A DNA stretch of 64,000 nucleotides from Longimicrobiales bacterium (GCA_965238005.1 OZ250165.1:4448001-4512000); one strand, 5' to 3'. Shown: positions 7,274-17,627, numbered from the stretch's first letter. A program made the numbers and translations. Notes: generated by a model from the sequence alone, not told the origin.

Positions 7274-8509
7274 TTACAGCATCAGGCGGGGTTTTGCGTT
7301 TGTCCCAAAAGTGGGACTTGTGCCTTTTCGTGTGCCTTTTCGTGCGCCATTCTGGCACTCTTTCCGGCGTTCCAACGCCCCTCGGAGTTTGTCTTCGTCG
7401 GGTCGTTGGTAGCACTTGATGACGGTCTCGATGTCCCGCCAGCCACCCAACTGGCACACCACACTGAGGGGCTCCTCATGGAGATCGGTGGCGAACTTCC
7501 TCCGGAGCGAGTGCCATCCCCGCCCTGGTTTCCGCTCGAGCCCGGCCCTCACCTCCGCCCGCCTCCACCAGTTCCTGAGCAGATAGCGCCCCACGGGCCT
7601 CGCAGGGTCCTTGGGCGCCGGGAGCACCGGGGAGTCACCGATGCCAGGGCCATGCACTCGAGCCTCCTCAAACGCGACCCTGGCGTCCTCCGTCATCGGT
7701 GTGACGTGGGCATAGCCCGTCTTCTCAGACTCAGCACGCCAGTGGATGCTCGCCCCTTCGAAGTCGAGGTCGGACCACCGGAGCACCCGGATGGCGCCGA
7801 TCCTGTGGCCTGTTTCGTGCGCCAGGATCAGCGCAACACGGAACCTCCAGTCGACCTCACCCGCGACGCCGAGCAAGACCGAATACTCATGAGCAGTCAG
7901 GGTAATACGCCTCGGGTTCTTCTCTTTCGGCAGGCGGTACCCCTTGAGGGGGTCCCGCTCAAGCAGCACTCCACCGTGGCCGTCCCCTGCCATGGTTGCC
8001 CACGTGAGCACCGACCTCAGGTAACTCAGATCCTTCTGGACGGTGCGGGTGGCCACCGGCTCCCACTGCCCGGGCCGTGGTCCAATACGACCCGATCCAC
8101 GGTCCCGGATGAATCCATCCCAGTCCCTCCTGTTCAGCGTCGTTGCTCGACGATCCGGACCGAAGTACCGGACAAACATGTCCGCCGCCTTGCGGTCGTA
8201 TTGCTGATGACGCTCCCCGTTTCTCGGGGTCACCTCACCTAGGTATATGTCAAACAGCTCTTGGAGCGTGAGCTCCGGCGGAGCCTCCTCGATCACGGAC
8301 TCCGCTCTTGCGAGCTTGGCCGCAACCTCGTCAGCCTTACGCTTCGCCTTCTCGCGGTCGGAGTGACCCAGGGCGATGCGCTTCCGCTCACCGTCGTCCC
8401 GGAACTCGAGGGTCAGTGATCCTCCCGGCCGCTCGAAGATCCGAACACGGTTCCTGCCCTTCTCGCCGGACAGGTAGCTCCATCCCTTCCTTGTGCGTCT
8501 GGCCATCAT
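7274..8509 (-). CDS. Tyrosine recombinase/integrase
   Basis: Catalytic R (TGHRIG), HSLRR, LGGW in place of LGH, and KCY tyrosine. Confidence 0.9.
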   Translation of the reverse strand: MMARRTRKGWSYLSGEKGRNRVRIFERPGGSLTLEFRDDGERKRIALGHSDREKAKRKADEVAAKLARAESVIEEAPPELTLQELFDIYLGEVTPRNGERHQQYDRKAADMFVRYFGPDRRATTLNRRDWDGFIRDRGSGRIGPRPGQWEPVATRTVQKDLSYLRSVLTWATMAGDGHGGVLLERDPLKGYRLPKEKNPRRITLTAHEYSVLLGVAGEVDWRFRVALILAHETGHRIGAIRVLRWSDLDFEGASIHWRAESEKTGYAHVTPMTEDARVAFEEARVHGPGIGDSPVLPAPKDPARPVGRYLLRNWWRRAEVRAGLERKPGRGWHSLRRKFATDLHEEPLSVVCQLGGWRDIETVIKCYQRPDEDKLRGALERRKECQNGARKGTRKGTSPTFGTNAKPRLML

Positions 8510-8886
8510 TGGTCTCCTGCTCTGATGGCAGATTGCACGACCTCCGTCCGTGAAATCTGGAGGTTCTGGGGGTGCCGTACCACCCCTGCCCTGACCGGCA
8601 GGTCTCCTCGGGCGATCCGGGGAGCTCCAGGCCTACCAGCGTTCGCGATCCTTCCCTCTCGGACGAGGCGCCCGAGGTGGTCTGTAGAGTACCCGCTGAG
8701 GTCGGAGGCCTCGGTGAGGGTCAGGGGGGCGTCGGCTCCCTCGCGGAGGGCTTTCTCGAGGGCGTCAGCGCATTTCTCGTAGGCGAGGGCCACGGAGGTC
8801 TCCTCGTGCTCTCGAAAGAGCCTACTCCTATCGCGCCACTCCTCAGGGAGGTCAGCGGGGAGCACGGGGCCGTTGGCGGACTTCAC
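8506..8886 (-). CDS. Excisionase-like winged-HTH DNA-binding protein
   Basis: LTLTEASDLSGYSTDHLGRLVREGRI; overlaps both neighbours by 4 nt. Confidence 0.65.
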   Translation of the reverse strand: MKSANGPVLPADLPEEWRDRSRLFREHEETSVALAYEKCADALEKALREGADAPLTLTEASDLSGYSTDHLGRLVREGRIANAGRPGAPRIARGDLPVRAGVVRHPQNLQISRTEVVQSAIRAGDQ

Positions 8887-11294
8887 GACCCCACCTCCTC
8901 GTCCTCCGTCGCCGACTCATCCACTAGATCAAAGAGGTCGGCGACGTTCTCGACGCGACCGCCGTGTCCGGCCCGCCACCCGGGAATAGCGTAGTACCTG
9001 TGCCGGTTCCCAGTGCGCCTGTTCTCGATGGCTCCACGGTGGATCAAATCACGAACAGCTTCCTGTTTGGCACCGTTACGACCCTCGACACGGTCGCGGA
9101 TGTGTTGCGCAGCACAGCCCGGCTCGCTCTCAATGAACTGGAACACACGTGCGAGAAGGGAGAGCTCTCTTGGGACGTCCACGAGCTCGACCACGGCGCT
9201 CGCAAAGAGAGTTGGTTCACTGTCGTCTGTGGTCGTCAGCGACAGACCCGTAAGCCCCTTCAGACGGAAGCCGAGCGGCAGAGGTTTGTGGCCGCCGTCC
9301 CGCATCTTCCGTGTCTTGAGGGTCATGGGGTTGCCGCTATCGAGAGCTTCCCTCGTGCCTTTGATCACATAGGAGAAGTCCAGGCCCTGTTCCCAGGCCG
9401 AAGCCCCCCGTAGGCGGTCGCTGTCGCCGTATCCCACGTGGTGCGTGAAAAGAGACGTGCAGTCAGTTTCGGCTGCAAACCGTGAGAGTAAGCCAGTGAT
9501 GGCGTTGGCAGTGTCGTTGTCATTCTCCGACTGCTCTGCCCCTAACGTTTTTCCGAGCGTGTCGATGATGACGAGGCCAGCGCCGGTCTGATTGATTGTG
9601 TTGATCAATCCGGTTTCAAAAACCGGGTCGTCGAACCGAGGCGGGTACTCGCTGATTATGACACGGCCCCGAAGCACCTCCTCCATCTCGGCGAGCGTAG
9701 CACTCTCGCGTAGGTACCCGTGTTCAACCAACCAGCCGAAAATCCGCTTTGGGAAGTCGCGATTTCCCTCGGCGATTAGAAAAATGACGGGCTGCTGCGT
9801 CGTCTCGGACCCGAGCCAGGGCCGCCCGAAGGCGACCGAGCATCCCAGGTCGATCACCAGCCAGGTCTTCCCAAGAGAGAAATCTGAGACGATGGCGCCA
9901 ACGCCAGCAGCGGGGATGCGCCCGTCGACGAGGTACCGATCTTCCAATCGGATGTCCTTTATATTTAGGGCTCGGAGAACGGGCACCCCGTCAGCATCGC
10001 GCACGAAGGCGGCCCGCCCATTGGATGGCTTGACCGAGTTCAGTACATCCTGCGCCCCCTGCCTGCCCAGAAGGTTGTCCAACTTGCGGGTCAAGGCGGC
10101 TTCGGCGAGCGTGCGCTCCCGATGATCCAACGTGGGGAGCATCGCCAGCACCCGGTCACTCGTGTCCAGTGCTGTCGCCAGTGAGTTCGGACCGAGCTGC
10201 CCAATCAGCTTAAGCGCGGTGGACAGGGCGTCAGAGCAGCATGCAGGGCCCTCCGTAGCCTCTGGAGCGTCCTGGTCAGCCTCAAACAGCCCTTGAATCT
10301 CCTCCACCCTCTCTTGGGAGAGTTCCTCCTTGAGGGTGTCCTCCCCAACCTTGAAGCCCTGCCCCCGTAGCCACTTCCACCCGATCTCGAATGGGGGTTT
10401 GAGACTATCCCATGTCCTCTCCACGAGATCAGGATCGTTCTCGCCCCCCTTCCAGCGGCCGGAAAAGTCCTGAAACATCTCAAGCCCTGCGATCACGTCG
10501 TCCTGGGCCGCCGCCCGGATCGCGATTCCAAACCTGATCCACTCGTCGCGGGTCTCGTACGTGTTCGGGATCCGGGCAATGAGCTCCTCGAGCTCCTTGA
10601 TCGAGGGGGCCTTGAGGTCCTCCTGCGGAGGCGCCTCCTTCACTCTCCCGTCCCCCACGATCTCGACGTCGAAGCCCTCGTCGCGAAGAAGGGTCGCGAG
10701 GTGCTCGAAGAAAGCCTGAGCGCTCACCCTGCTCACCCACGGGAGGGTCTCCGGGTCTACCTCCCAGAGCGGGGCGCCCTCCCATCCATAGTCGACCCCG
10801 GAGGGGTGACGGCCGTGGATGAGGTACTGGCGGCCCTTGCCGAGCCACTCGATCTCTGCCGATTCGTCTCCCTTCCGGACCTTGAGGACCATCTTGGGGA
10901 AGGGCTCCTTCGTCCGATAGACGAGGAGGCCGCGAGGGTGGCGCGAGGTCCGGTAGGGCGACGGCCCGAAGGAGGACTCGGCCTCCTTGCGGACCAACTG
11001 CGTCAGCTTCTCGAAGTCAGAGTCGATGTCCAGAGCTGGGAAGCGGTTACCGAGGAGACCAATGTTCGCCCTCCACTCGTCGATGGTGGCGGGGTCGATG
11101 CTCTCCTTCGTGAAATTGTAGCCCCGCCACCCGTGGGGTCCCATCTCACCAGGACATTTCCCGCGCTGGCCGGGGTCTATCTTAGAGTACGGTGAAAGGT
11201 CACCGTCCGGTGGGATGACGGAAACGAGCTCTGTGTAGCCTCTGTTGTAGAGTTTGGTCGCGACGTCGTTGTCGCGGCGTGTGTTGTGAGACAT
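8883..11294 (-). CDS. Bifunctional Prim-Pol + PriCT-2 + AAA_25 (RepA-like) primase-helicase
   Basis: ALDID and HPSG..Y.W (Prim-Pol); RDEWIRFGIA (PriCT-2); Walker A SDFSLGKT, Walker B VIIDTL, HHVG and LRGAS. Confidence 0.85.
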   Translation of the reverse strand: MSHNTRRDNDVATKLYNRGYTELVSVIPPDGDLSPYSKIDPGQRGKCPGEMGPHGWRGYNFTKESIDPATIDEWRANIGLLGNRFPALDIDSDFEKLTQLVRKEAESSFGPSPYRTSRHPRGLLVYRTKEPFPKMVLKVRKGDESAEIEWLGKGRQYLIHGRHPSGVDYGWEGAPLWEVDPETLPWVSRVSAQAFFEHLATLLRDEGFDVEIVGDGRVKEAPPQEDLKAPSIKELEELIARIPNTYETRDEWIRFGIAIRAAAQDDVIAGLEMFQDFSGRWKGGENDPDLVERTWDSLKPPFEIGWKWLRGQGFKVGEDTLKEELSQERVEEIQGLFEADQDAPEATEGPACCSDALSTALKLIGQLGPNSLATALDTSDRVLAMLPTLDHRERTLAEAALTRKLDNLLGRQGAQDVLNSVKPSNGRAAFVRDADGVPVLRALNIKDIRLEDRYLVDGRIPAAGVGAIVSDFSLGKTWLVIDLGCSVAFGRPWLGSETTQQPVIFLIAEGNRDFPKRIFGWLVEHGYLRESATLAEMEEVLRGRVIISEYPPRFDDPVFETGLINTINQTGAGLVIIDTLGKTLGAEQSENDNDTANAITGLLSRFAAETDCTSLFTHHVGYGDSDRLRGASAWEQGLDFSYVIKGTREALDSGNPMTLKTRKMRDGGHKPLPLGFRLKGLTGLSLTTTDDSEPTLFASAVVELVDVPRELSLLARVFQFIESEPGCAAQHIRDRVEGRNGAKQEAVRDLIHRGAIENRRTGNRHRYYAIPGWRAGHGGRVENVADLFDLVDESATEDEEVGS

Positions 11295-11473
11295 CTCATA
11301 GTTCCTCCACTACCTACCCCTGGCATCGTGCCGATGCAGGGGCTCGGCTCTCTCTAACCTCATGCGTCGGTCATCCGACGCAGACCTCATTGCCCGAGGG
11401 CGGGGCTTGCCTCACGCACCACGGCGGGGGCAACCTGTCCTGGACTTTAATTATGAAGAGTCGGGGCCGATGC

Positions 11474-12418
11474 ATGCGTGACGAAAATGAGGAACAATCC
11501 ATGCATCACATCAGGATCGTCGACGACGAGAAGCTCAGGGGCGTGGTCGAGGAGCTGAGTGGGCGGTATGGGAGCGGTCGGAAGGCCGCTAAGCGCTGGG
11601 GGATAGGGCAGTCTACGTTCGCCCGGATCCGGAATGGCACGACAACGAAGGCCATGTCTTATGACACGTACGCGAGCATCTGCTGGGCGCTTGACGCTGA
11701 TCCGGACGTCCCCCGACGACGGCTTGACCAGGGTCCTCCGGCTCCGACGGTAGAGGGTTTTGACGTTTGGGGGAGGGCGGTCCAGATCAAAGCACGGGAA
11801 CTGCAAGCAGGGGAGGGGGAGATCCACTCCGACGACCTGGATTCGGCCGTGCAGTCGATCCCACCAGACGTTGTAATCGGGCCTGATGAGCTCGAGGAGG
11901 CTCGGCAGGCTCTCATCGAGGAGCAGGTGCAGCTCGCCCTCGCCGACCATTCCCTGTTAGAGAGGTTCCTCGACAGTGTTCTGACGGTGGATGAGCGAGA
12001 GGTACTGGACCGGTACGAGGCCTGGCTCGATAGGGAGTTGAGATGGTTCACAAAGCGGGTCAAGCCCGTTCTCGGTGTGTTGCTGGAGCGGGAAGAGCTC
12101 AACGAGCTCATCGGGGACTTCCTCGCCGCAGTCCGGAAGGAGGACGAACCGGAATCCTACCAGAAACGGTGTACGTTGGCCCTCTACCGAGCCGTTGACC
12201 CCTTGGTCGACGCCCACGATACATGGGGAGTGGAACGGTCGTGGCGGGAGCTCGATGACGTCGATCTCCTGCTCCCGTATCTAAGGGCCGCGCTCGACCG
12301 AGAGGAGATTCTGTTGCGGGAGCGTGAGAGTGAGCTCACGAGGATCAGAGGGGCCCACCCGCCAACAACCCACGACGAGGACGGGGAAGAAGAGGAGATG
12401 GACTCGGATTCGGGTTAG
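11474..12418 (+). CDS. N-terminal XRE-HTH protein, putative island repressor
   Basis: SGRKAAKRWGIGQSTFARIRNG HTH; divergent from the replication operon. Start is 11474 or 11501. Confidence 0.55.
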   Translation: MRDENEEQSMHHIRIVDDEKLRGVVEELSGRYGSGRKAAKRWGIGQSTFARIRNGTTTKAMSYDTYASICWALDADPDVPRRRLDQGPPAPTVEGFDVWGRAVQIKARELQAGEGEIHSDDLDSAVQSIPPDVVIGPDELEEARQALIEEQVQLALADHSLLERFLDSVLTVDEREVLDRYEAWLDRELRWFTKRVKPVLGVLLEREELNELIGDFLAAVRKEDEPESYQKRCTLALYRAVDPLVDAHDTWGVERSWRELDDVDLLLPYLRAALDREEILLRERESELTRIRGAHPPTTHDEDGEEEEMDSDSG

Positions 12419-12932
12419 ACCCGTGCCGGTCAGGGAGGGATCGGCACTCGCCCCGGTAGGGTGTGCCCGTAAGGGCACCCCCGGGCGAGTAGGCCAGGCC
12501 TTGGAGGGACGGACAGATGTCACACCTTGAGTGGAGAGACTGGGTCGGACCTGCGACAGAGCCGTGTCTCAGCGATATTCAGTGCGGCGTCGCGGAGCAT
12601 CTGACTTGCTGATCGTCAATTGATCTCAGGCATTTCTTTCGGAACATGAATCGACAAGAACTGGATACAATCGTCACGGGCGGTGAGTCAGAGCAAGTCG
12701 AGTTCAAGCGCACTACCGGCCAAAGGACGGAAGGAGCAAGAGCCGTCTGCGGAATGCTGAACGGATCAGGTGGCTTCGTCTTTTGGGGTGTAGCCGACGA
12801 CGGGCAGATTAGTGGCCAAGAGATCGGATCAGGGACGATCGAAGGGCTGGTTGCCGCTCTTCGGCAGCTGGAGCCACCTGTGCTTATGCAGCCAGAGCTC
12901 GTCCCTATAGGCAACAATCGATCAGTGATAGC

Positions 12933-14410
12933 CCACTGATAGGTAACGCTTTTCTCACCCCTGATGGGTGACAGTCTCGACCCGTAACGTGGCGCTCCTT
13001 CGACACGCTCTTGGAGCTGCCCATGCCATGGTTGGAGACCGATCCCATGAACGAACGCAAGCGATTCATCCTCGAGGCCACCGCGAGCCTCTTCTCCCAC
13101 TCCGAACTCTGCCGACGCTACAACATCAGCCGCAAGACGGGCTACAAGTGGCTCGAACGATACGAGACCCAAGGACCCGACGGGCTGCTCGACCGCTCCC
13201 ATCGGCCCCATTGCTGTCCCCACGCTACTGAGCCCCACATCCTCGAGGCTGCCTTCGAGCTCCGCCGTCGTCGACCCCGGTGGGGAGCTGCCAAGATCCT
13301 AGGCCGCCTCCTCGAGGTGCACCCCGACTGGTCGCTACCCGCGCCCCAGGTCCTGCACAGACACTTCCTGCGCGAGGGCCTGGTCAACAAGCTGCGGCGC
13401 CGACGTAAATCCTCTCATCCCGGTCGACCCACCGCGCCCTTCGATGCGCCCAACTCCATCTGGTCCGCCGACTTCAAGGGGCAGTTCAAGACCCTCGACG
13501 GCGTCTACTGCTACCCGCTCACCGTCCAGGATGGCTTCAGCCGCTACCTGCTCGCTTGTCAGGGCCTCTCAGGGACCACCTACGCCGGTTCCAGACGTGT
13601 TTTCACCCGCCTCTTCCACGAGTTCGGGATCCCCGACCGCATCCGTACCGACAACGGTACTCCCTTTGCCTCCATAGCCTTAGGGCGCCTCTCCAGGCTC
13701 TCCGTCTGGTGGATCAAGCTCGGCATCCTGCCCGATCTCATCGAGCCCGCATCTCCCCAGCAGAACGGCCGCCACGAACGCATGCACAAAGACCTCAAGG
13801 CTGAGGCCACCATCCCGCCCGCCGGAAACCGATCCGCTCAGCAGAAACGCTTCAATGCCTTCCGCATTGATTTCAACGAGATCCGGCCCCACGAGGCCCA
13901 CGGCCAGAGGCCGCCCGCCTCCGTCTACGAGCCCTCAACCCGTCCCTTCCCCAGCAAGCTCTTGACCCCCGACTACCCCGCCCACTTCGAGACCCGTAAG
14001 GTCTCCATCAACGGCGGCATCCGATGGCACTCCGCCTGGGCCAACGTCTCTCATCTGCTCGGCGGCGAATACATTGGCCTCGAGGAGGTCGCCGACGATG
14101 TCTGGGCTGTCTACTTCGGTCCCGTCGCCCTCGGTTGGCTTCACGTCCGAAAAGCTGCCATCCTCGATCACGATGGCTCCTCGTCCCGTAATCCACGACG
14201 CTGAGGCCGCGTGAACTGCCCAGCCCCTCAGACGTCGACGCGAACCGCTACCTTCGTGGAACTCCGCTCGCTTCTACTCCCCTGCGCTCCGGCGCAGCGG
14301 AAGCTTCTGACTCCACCGGTGGAGGTAACAAAAAAAACAGCAGCTTACCTGACAAGAACTGTCACCCATCAGGGGTGTGTAACTGTTGGTACCCATCAGG
14401 GGTACCGCTC
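12933..14410 (+). mobile_element. IS481-family insertion sequence
   Basis: 19-bp perfect subterminal IR acccctgatgggtgacagt (12957-12975 / 14358-14376), plus degenerate outer copies. Confidence 0.85.
13023..14204 (+). CDS. IS481-family DDE transposase
   Basis: MPW..., ISRKTGYKWL, WSADFKG, RTDNG.PF and PQQNGRHERMH motifs. Confidence 0.92.
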   Translation: MPWLETDPMNERKRFILEATASLFSHSELCRRYNISRKTGYKWLERYETQGPDGLLDRSHRPHCCPHATEPHILEAAFELRRRRPRWGAAKILGRLLEVHPDWSLPAPQVLHRHFLREGLVNKLRRRRKSSHPGRPTAPFDAPNSIWSADFKGQFKTLDGVYCYPLTVQDGFSRYLLACQGLSGTTYAGSRRVFTRLFHEFGIPDRIRTDNGTPFASIALGRLSRLSVWWIKLGILPDLIEPASPQQNGRHERMHKDLKAEATIPPAGNRSAQQKRFNAFRIDFNEIRPHEAHGQRPPASVYEPSTRPFPSKLLTPDYPAHFETRKVSINGGIRWHSAWANVSHLLGGEYIGLEEVADDVWAVYFGPVALGWLHVRKAAILDHDGSSSRNPRR

Positions 14411-15660
14411 ACTGGGAGTACCGGGCGGTCGTATCGAACCCTACACCTATGACGGACGTCCATATGTCCGCCATGGTCCGACGACGCTGCAAATGCCTCA
14501 GGAGGAGTATCGGCGGCGACTGATTGAGCAAATGCACCCCACGCAGCGATGGGAGATCCAGCCCGCTCACGAATTGTCCATGGAAGACCTCGATACGTCT
14601 GAGATCGTCAGAACGGTTGAAGAGGCGATCCGTCGAGGCCGTTTGGATGAGCCCGCCACGAGGGACCCTGGGCATCTACTCCGTGGGTTGGGACTCCTCC
14701 GAGATGACCGAATCCTAAATGCAGCGGTCGCGCTATTTGGTCTTGAGAGCTCGTTTCTCCCTCACTATCCCCAGTGCCTTCTAAGGATGGCCCGATTTCG
14801 AGGGGTTACCACGCACGACTTCGAAGATAATCGACAAGTCCATGGTAACGTCTTCGACCTGCTTCTGCGCGCCCAGCGCTTTCTTCGGGAGCACCTGCCC
14901 GTCGCTGGACGGATCGTCCCGGACCTCTTTCAGCGGCAAGACGATCCGCTCTACCCTCCAGAGGCTCTTCGGGAGGCACTCGCCAATGCGTTTTGCCACA
15001 AATCCTACGGGATAGGAGGTGGCTCGGTGAGTATCGCGATCTTCGATGACCGACTCGAAGTCTCAAGTACGGGTCGCCTACCATTTGGTCTCACGGTAGA
15101 CGACCTCACTCGACCCCATCCATCCCGACCGTGGAATCCACTCATGGCGGGGGTCCTGTACCGAAGGGGCCTTATCGAGCAATGGGGTAGGGGAACGCTC
15201 CGTATCGCGGAGCTAATCGAACAGGCTGGATTAGCCGAACCAGAGTTTGAGGAGCGAGGTGGGGAGGTCGTGGTCCGCTTCTTTCCGACCGGATATGTGC
15301 CGCCTCGGCGGGTCGATCATCCGTTGACGGACCTTCAGCAGCAGCTCCTTCGGGCTCTTGCGGAGATCGGCCCAGCTCTGTTGAATGAAATCCTCACCCT
15401 ACTCCCCGCAGGTGTTGCTTCCAGGACCGTGCAGTACAACCTAGGGACGTTACGCGAGCTAGATCTAGTTGAGCTGCAGGGCTGGGGCCGAGGAGCTCGT
15501 TGGCGCCTAACGGGCAGGTGACTGGTTGCGCCTTTTTGTTCCTTTTGCGCCTTTATAGTGCTGACCGTTTGATCGGCGACGAAACTCGGTTGGAATAGCC
15601 AGGGCCTTAGAACCAGGGCCGTTCCGGGTCACTTAGGCAAAAGGGCAGCGAGACTCCGTT

Positions 15661-15729
15661 CGGGCTCATTCGGGTCCATTCGGGTCCATTCGGGCTCATT
15701 CGGTCCATTCGGGTCCATTCGGGTCCATC
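15661..15729. repeat. Seven tandem ~10-bp repeats (cgggtccatt / cgggctcatt)
   Basis: Read directly from the sequence. Confidence 0.9.
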
Positions 15730-15768
15730 TACCTTCTTCGACAGTCGTAGCGCGCGCGTAGCACACCG

Positions 15769-16089
15769 CCCCCCCCTTGGGGCCCCTCCCCCCGGGGGCG
15801 AGGCAGACAAATCTCGACAGCACTTTGGCCGTGACAGTCCTCGCGCACGCGTGAGACACGCGCCGAGATCGGCAGTCGATAACTACACGGCCGAGCTGCA
15901 TACTCGAGCGCAATCTCTCCCGTAGCGACGAGCTCATGAATATCCGCTGATCTGTAAATGACTGTCCTGCACTCACTTACGGCACAGTACAGGCTGCGTA
16001 TAATAGGGATTATGTAAAGCATCTGACCCCGGCACCCGGCGCTGCCGTGCACCCCCCCTTTGGGGCCCCTCCCCCCGGGGGCGAGGCAG
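15769..16089. repeat. ~38-bp C/G-run direct repeat at 15769-15806 and 16052-16089
   Basis: ccccccc(t)ttggggcccctccccccgggggcgaggcag occurs twice. Confidence 0.85.
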
Positions 16090-16238
16090 TCGCCTACCCC
16101 TCACAGCGCGACGCGGGGAGTCCCGCCAAAAAAAATGGGGGATCTGGCCATTTTCTCCGATCCGCCCCCCTCCGGGCATTTCTCGACCCAGAAAAACCCT
16201 TTCCCTGGGGAATCCATTAGTTGGGTCATACAACTACT

Positions 16239-16703
16239 ATGTCAGGACGACCGTTTCTACAAATGATCTCAAAGAAGATCGAATCCCTCGGCGGGGACGA
16301 GTGGTTTTTTGGGCGGATCATCAACGGGGACACGATGGCGGCCATCGCGGAGACCGTGGAGTGCTCCCGTCCGTTTCTGTACCAGTGGCTCGACCTCAAG
16401 CGGGAGGAGCGCCGGGCGGCGCTCCCTGCAGCTAGACGGCTGTCGGCGGACGCCCACGTCGAGGGCGGGCAGGAGCTCCTGGACCGCCTGGCGGGCACCG
16501 ACGCGACCTCGTCCGAGGTCTCCCTGACCATCGCCCGGGCCAGGTACAGGCAGTGGCGGGCCTCGCGGTACAATCGGGAGCTGTATGGGGAGCCCCGGCC
16601 CGGGCTGGATGTGAGTATCTCGATAGGGCAGCTCCACCTGGACGCACTTCGGGCGAAGGGGGCCATGGAGGTCCCGGAGGCGGAGGTCAAGCTTGTCGAG
16701 TAA
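16239..16703 (+). CDS. Phage terminase small subunit-like protein
   Basis: N-terminal HTH (GDTMAAIAETVECSRPFLYQWL), helical core, RQWRASRYNRELYG and IGQLHLDALR tail, as in Sf6-like/podovirus TerS. Confidence 0.65.
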   Translation: MSGRPFLQMISKKIESLGGDEWFFGRIINGDTMAAIAETVECSRPFLYQWLDLKREERRAALPAARRLSADAHVEGGQELLDRLAGTDATSSEVSLTIARARYRQWRASRYNRELYGEPRPGLDVSISIGQLHLDALRAKGAMEVPEAEVKLVE

Positions 16704-16805
16704 TCGCGCACCCCCCTCAGGGCTTCAGCCAGCGTAGTAGTATCAAGAAAAAGTGGGTCGACGAGCGGTCCCTGGCGGAAGTCCGGCCGCTGTCGCGGAG
16801 GGCCG

Positions 16806-17261
16806 TTATCGGCGACGGGAGGTTCGTCCTCTCGACCAAGACTTGAGCGTTTCCGCAGCCTCGTAAGCGCCTGCTGACAAGACCGCCGCAAGCCCGACAG
16901 CCACAGCCATCCAGACCAGACCCAGCCAAAGCACATTGCCGTTGAGGAAGAACTCTGCAAGGACTCGCTGCCCGTGAACCCAAGAGGGGTCTGGCACGTA
17001 GACCGCCTCCGGCGAAAAACTTCCGCCCCAGAGCTGGTAGGCGCTGACGCTCCGGGCGGTACCCTCGTACCACCAGTTGACGAGCGGGGCGCCGATCCCG
17101 ACTAGCACCATGACAAGACCGGGCGACATTAGGATGAGATTGATGCCAACGAGGGCGTTCTCAAGCCTGGGATCTTCCACCTGATCCACCTTTGTGTCAG
17201 CACGGTCGCGCGGGGGGGGGGCGCCATTTGCGGCCCCCACGTCGGTTCTGTCCGCCTTCAA
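16806..17261 (-). CDS. Hypothetical two-TM membrane protein
   Basis: Two hydrophobic segments; start uncertain. Confidence 0.45.
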   Translation of the reverse strand: MKADRTDVGAANGAPPPRDRADTKVDQVEDPRLENALVGINLILMSPGLVMVLVGIGAPLVNWWYEGTARSVSAYQLWGGSFSPEAVYVPDPSWVHGQRVLAEFFLNGNVLWLGLVWMAVAVGLAAVLSAGAYEAAETLKSWSRGRTSRRR

Positions 17262-17310
17262 TCAATCGGACGGACAGAAAACCACCCTGTAATGAACAAA
17301 GAACCGCTAC

Positions 17311-17345
17311 TTCTATGGTGTCGATGCCTATGGTAGGAACGCCTA
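17311..17345 (+). promoter_or_regulatory. 15-bp-periodic operator-like repeats upstream of the XRE gene
   Basis: ctatggt at 17313 and 17328; gccta at 17326 and 17341; palindrome cctatggtagg. Confidence 0.4.
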
Positions 17346-17357
17346 ACGTCCTCGTCA

Positions 17358-17627
17358 ATGGATCAGGAGGCCGAGAGACTACATCGGGCCATTGGCCGAC
17401 GTCTACGGGAGCTGCGCCGTGCCGAACCGGAGCTCTCGCAGGAGAAGCTCGCCGCACTAGCGGGCTTCCATCGAACGTACATAGGGAAGGTCGAGCGCGG
17501 AGAGACGGCGACGACGGTGGACGGCCTGGCGGCACTCTGCTCAGCGCTCGGCACAACCCTCGCCGAGTTCTTTCAGCCTTTCGATCGGCCCCTCAAGCTC
17601 CGCGGCCCCCGTCGTCGTCGTCCGTAA
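17358..17627 (+). CDS. XRE HTH regulator, controller (C.) protein-like
   Basis: LSQEKLAALAGFHRTYIGKVERGE; no obvious RBS. Confidence 0.85.
   Translation: MDQEAERLHRAIGRRLRELRRAEPELSQEKLAALAGFHRTYIGKVERGETATTVDGLAALCSALGTTLAEFFQPFDRPLKLRGPRRRRP

Larger units (their letters stand above)
12646..15521 (+). pseudogene. Schlafen/AlbA_2 + HATPase_c_4 + wHTH protein split by IS481
   Basis: ESEQVEFK..GMLNGSGG...GVADDG (AlbA_2); EALREALANAFCH, RNP-like PWNPLMA and IEQWGRG. Removing 12933-14410 restores the frame (SVIA|LGVP). Confidence 0.85.

Noticed and set aside
14211..14410. N-terminal 67 aa of ORF 14211-15521 as real protein
   Set aside because: It is read-through of the IS481 right end; the true N-terminus is at 12646.
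15661..15729. Tandem repeats as a CRISPR array
   Set aside because: 10-bp head-to-tail units with no spacers, and no cas genes in the window.
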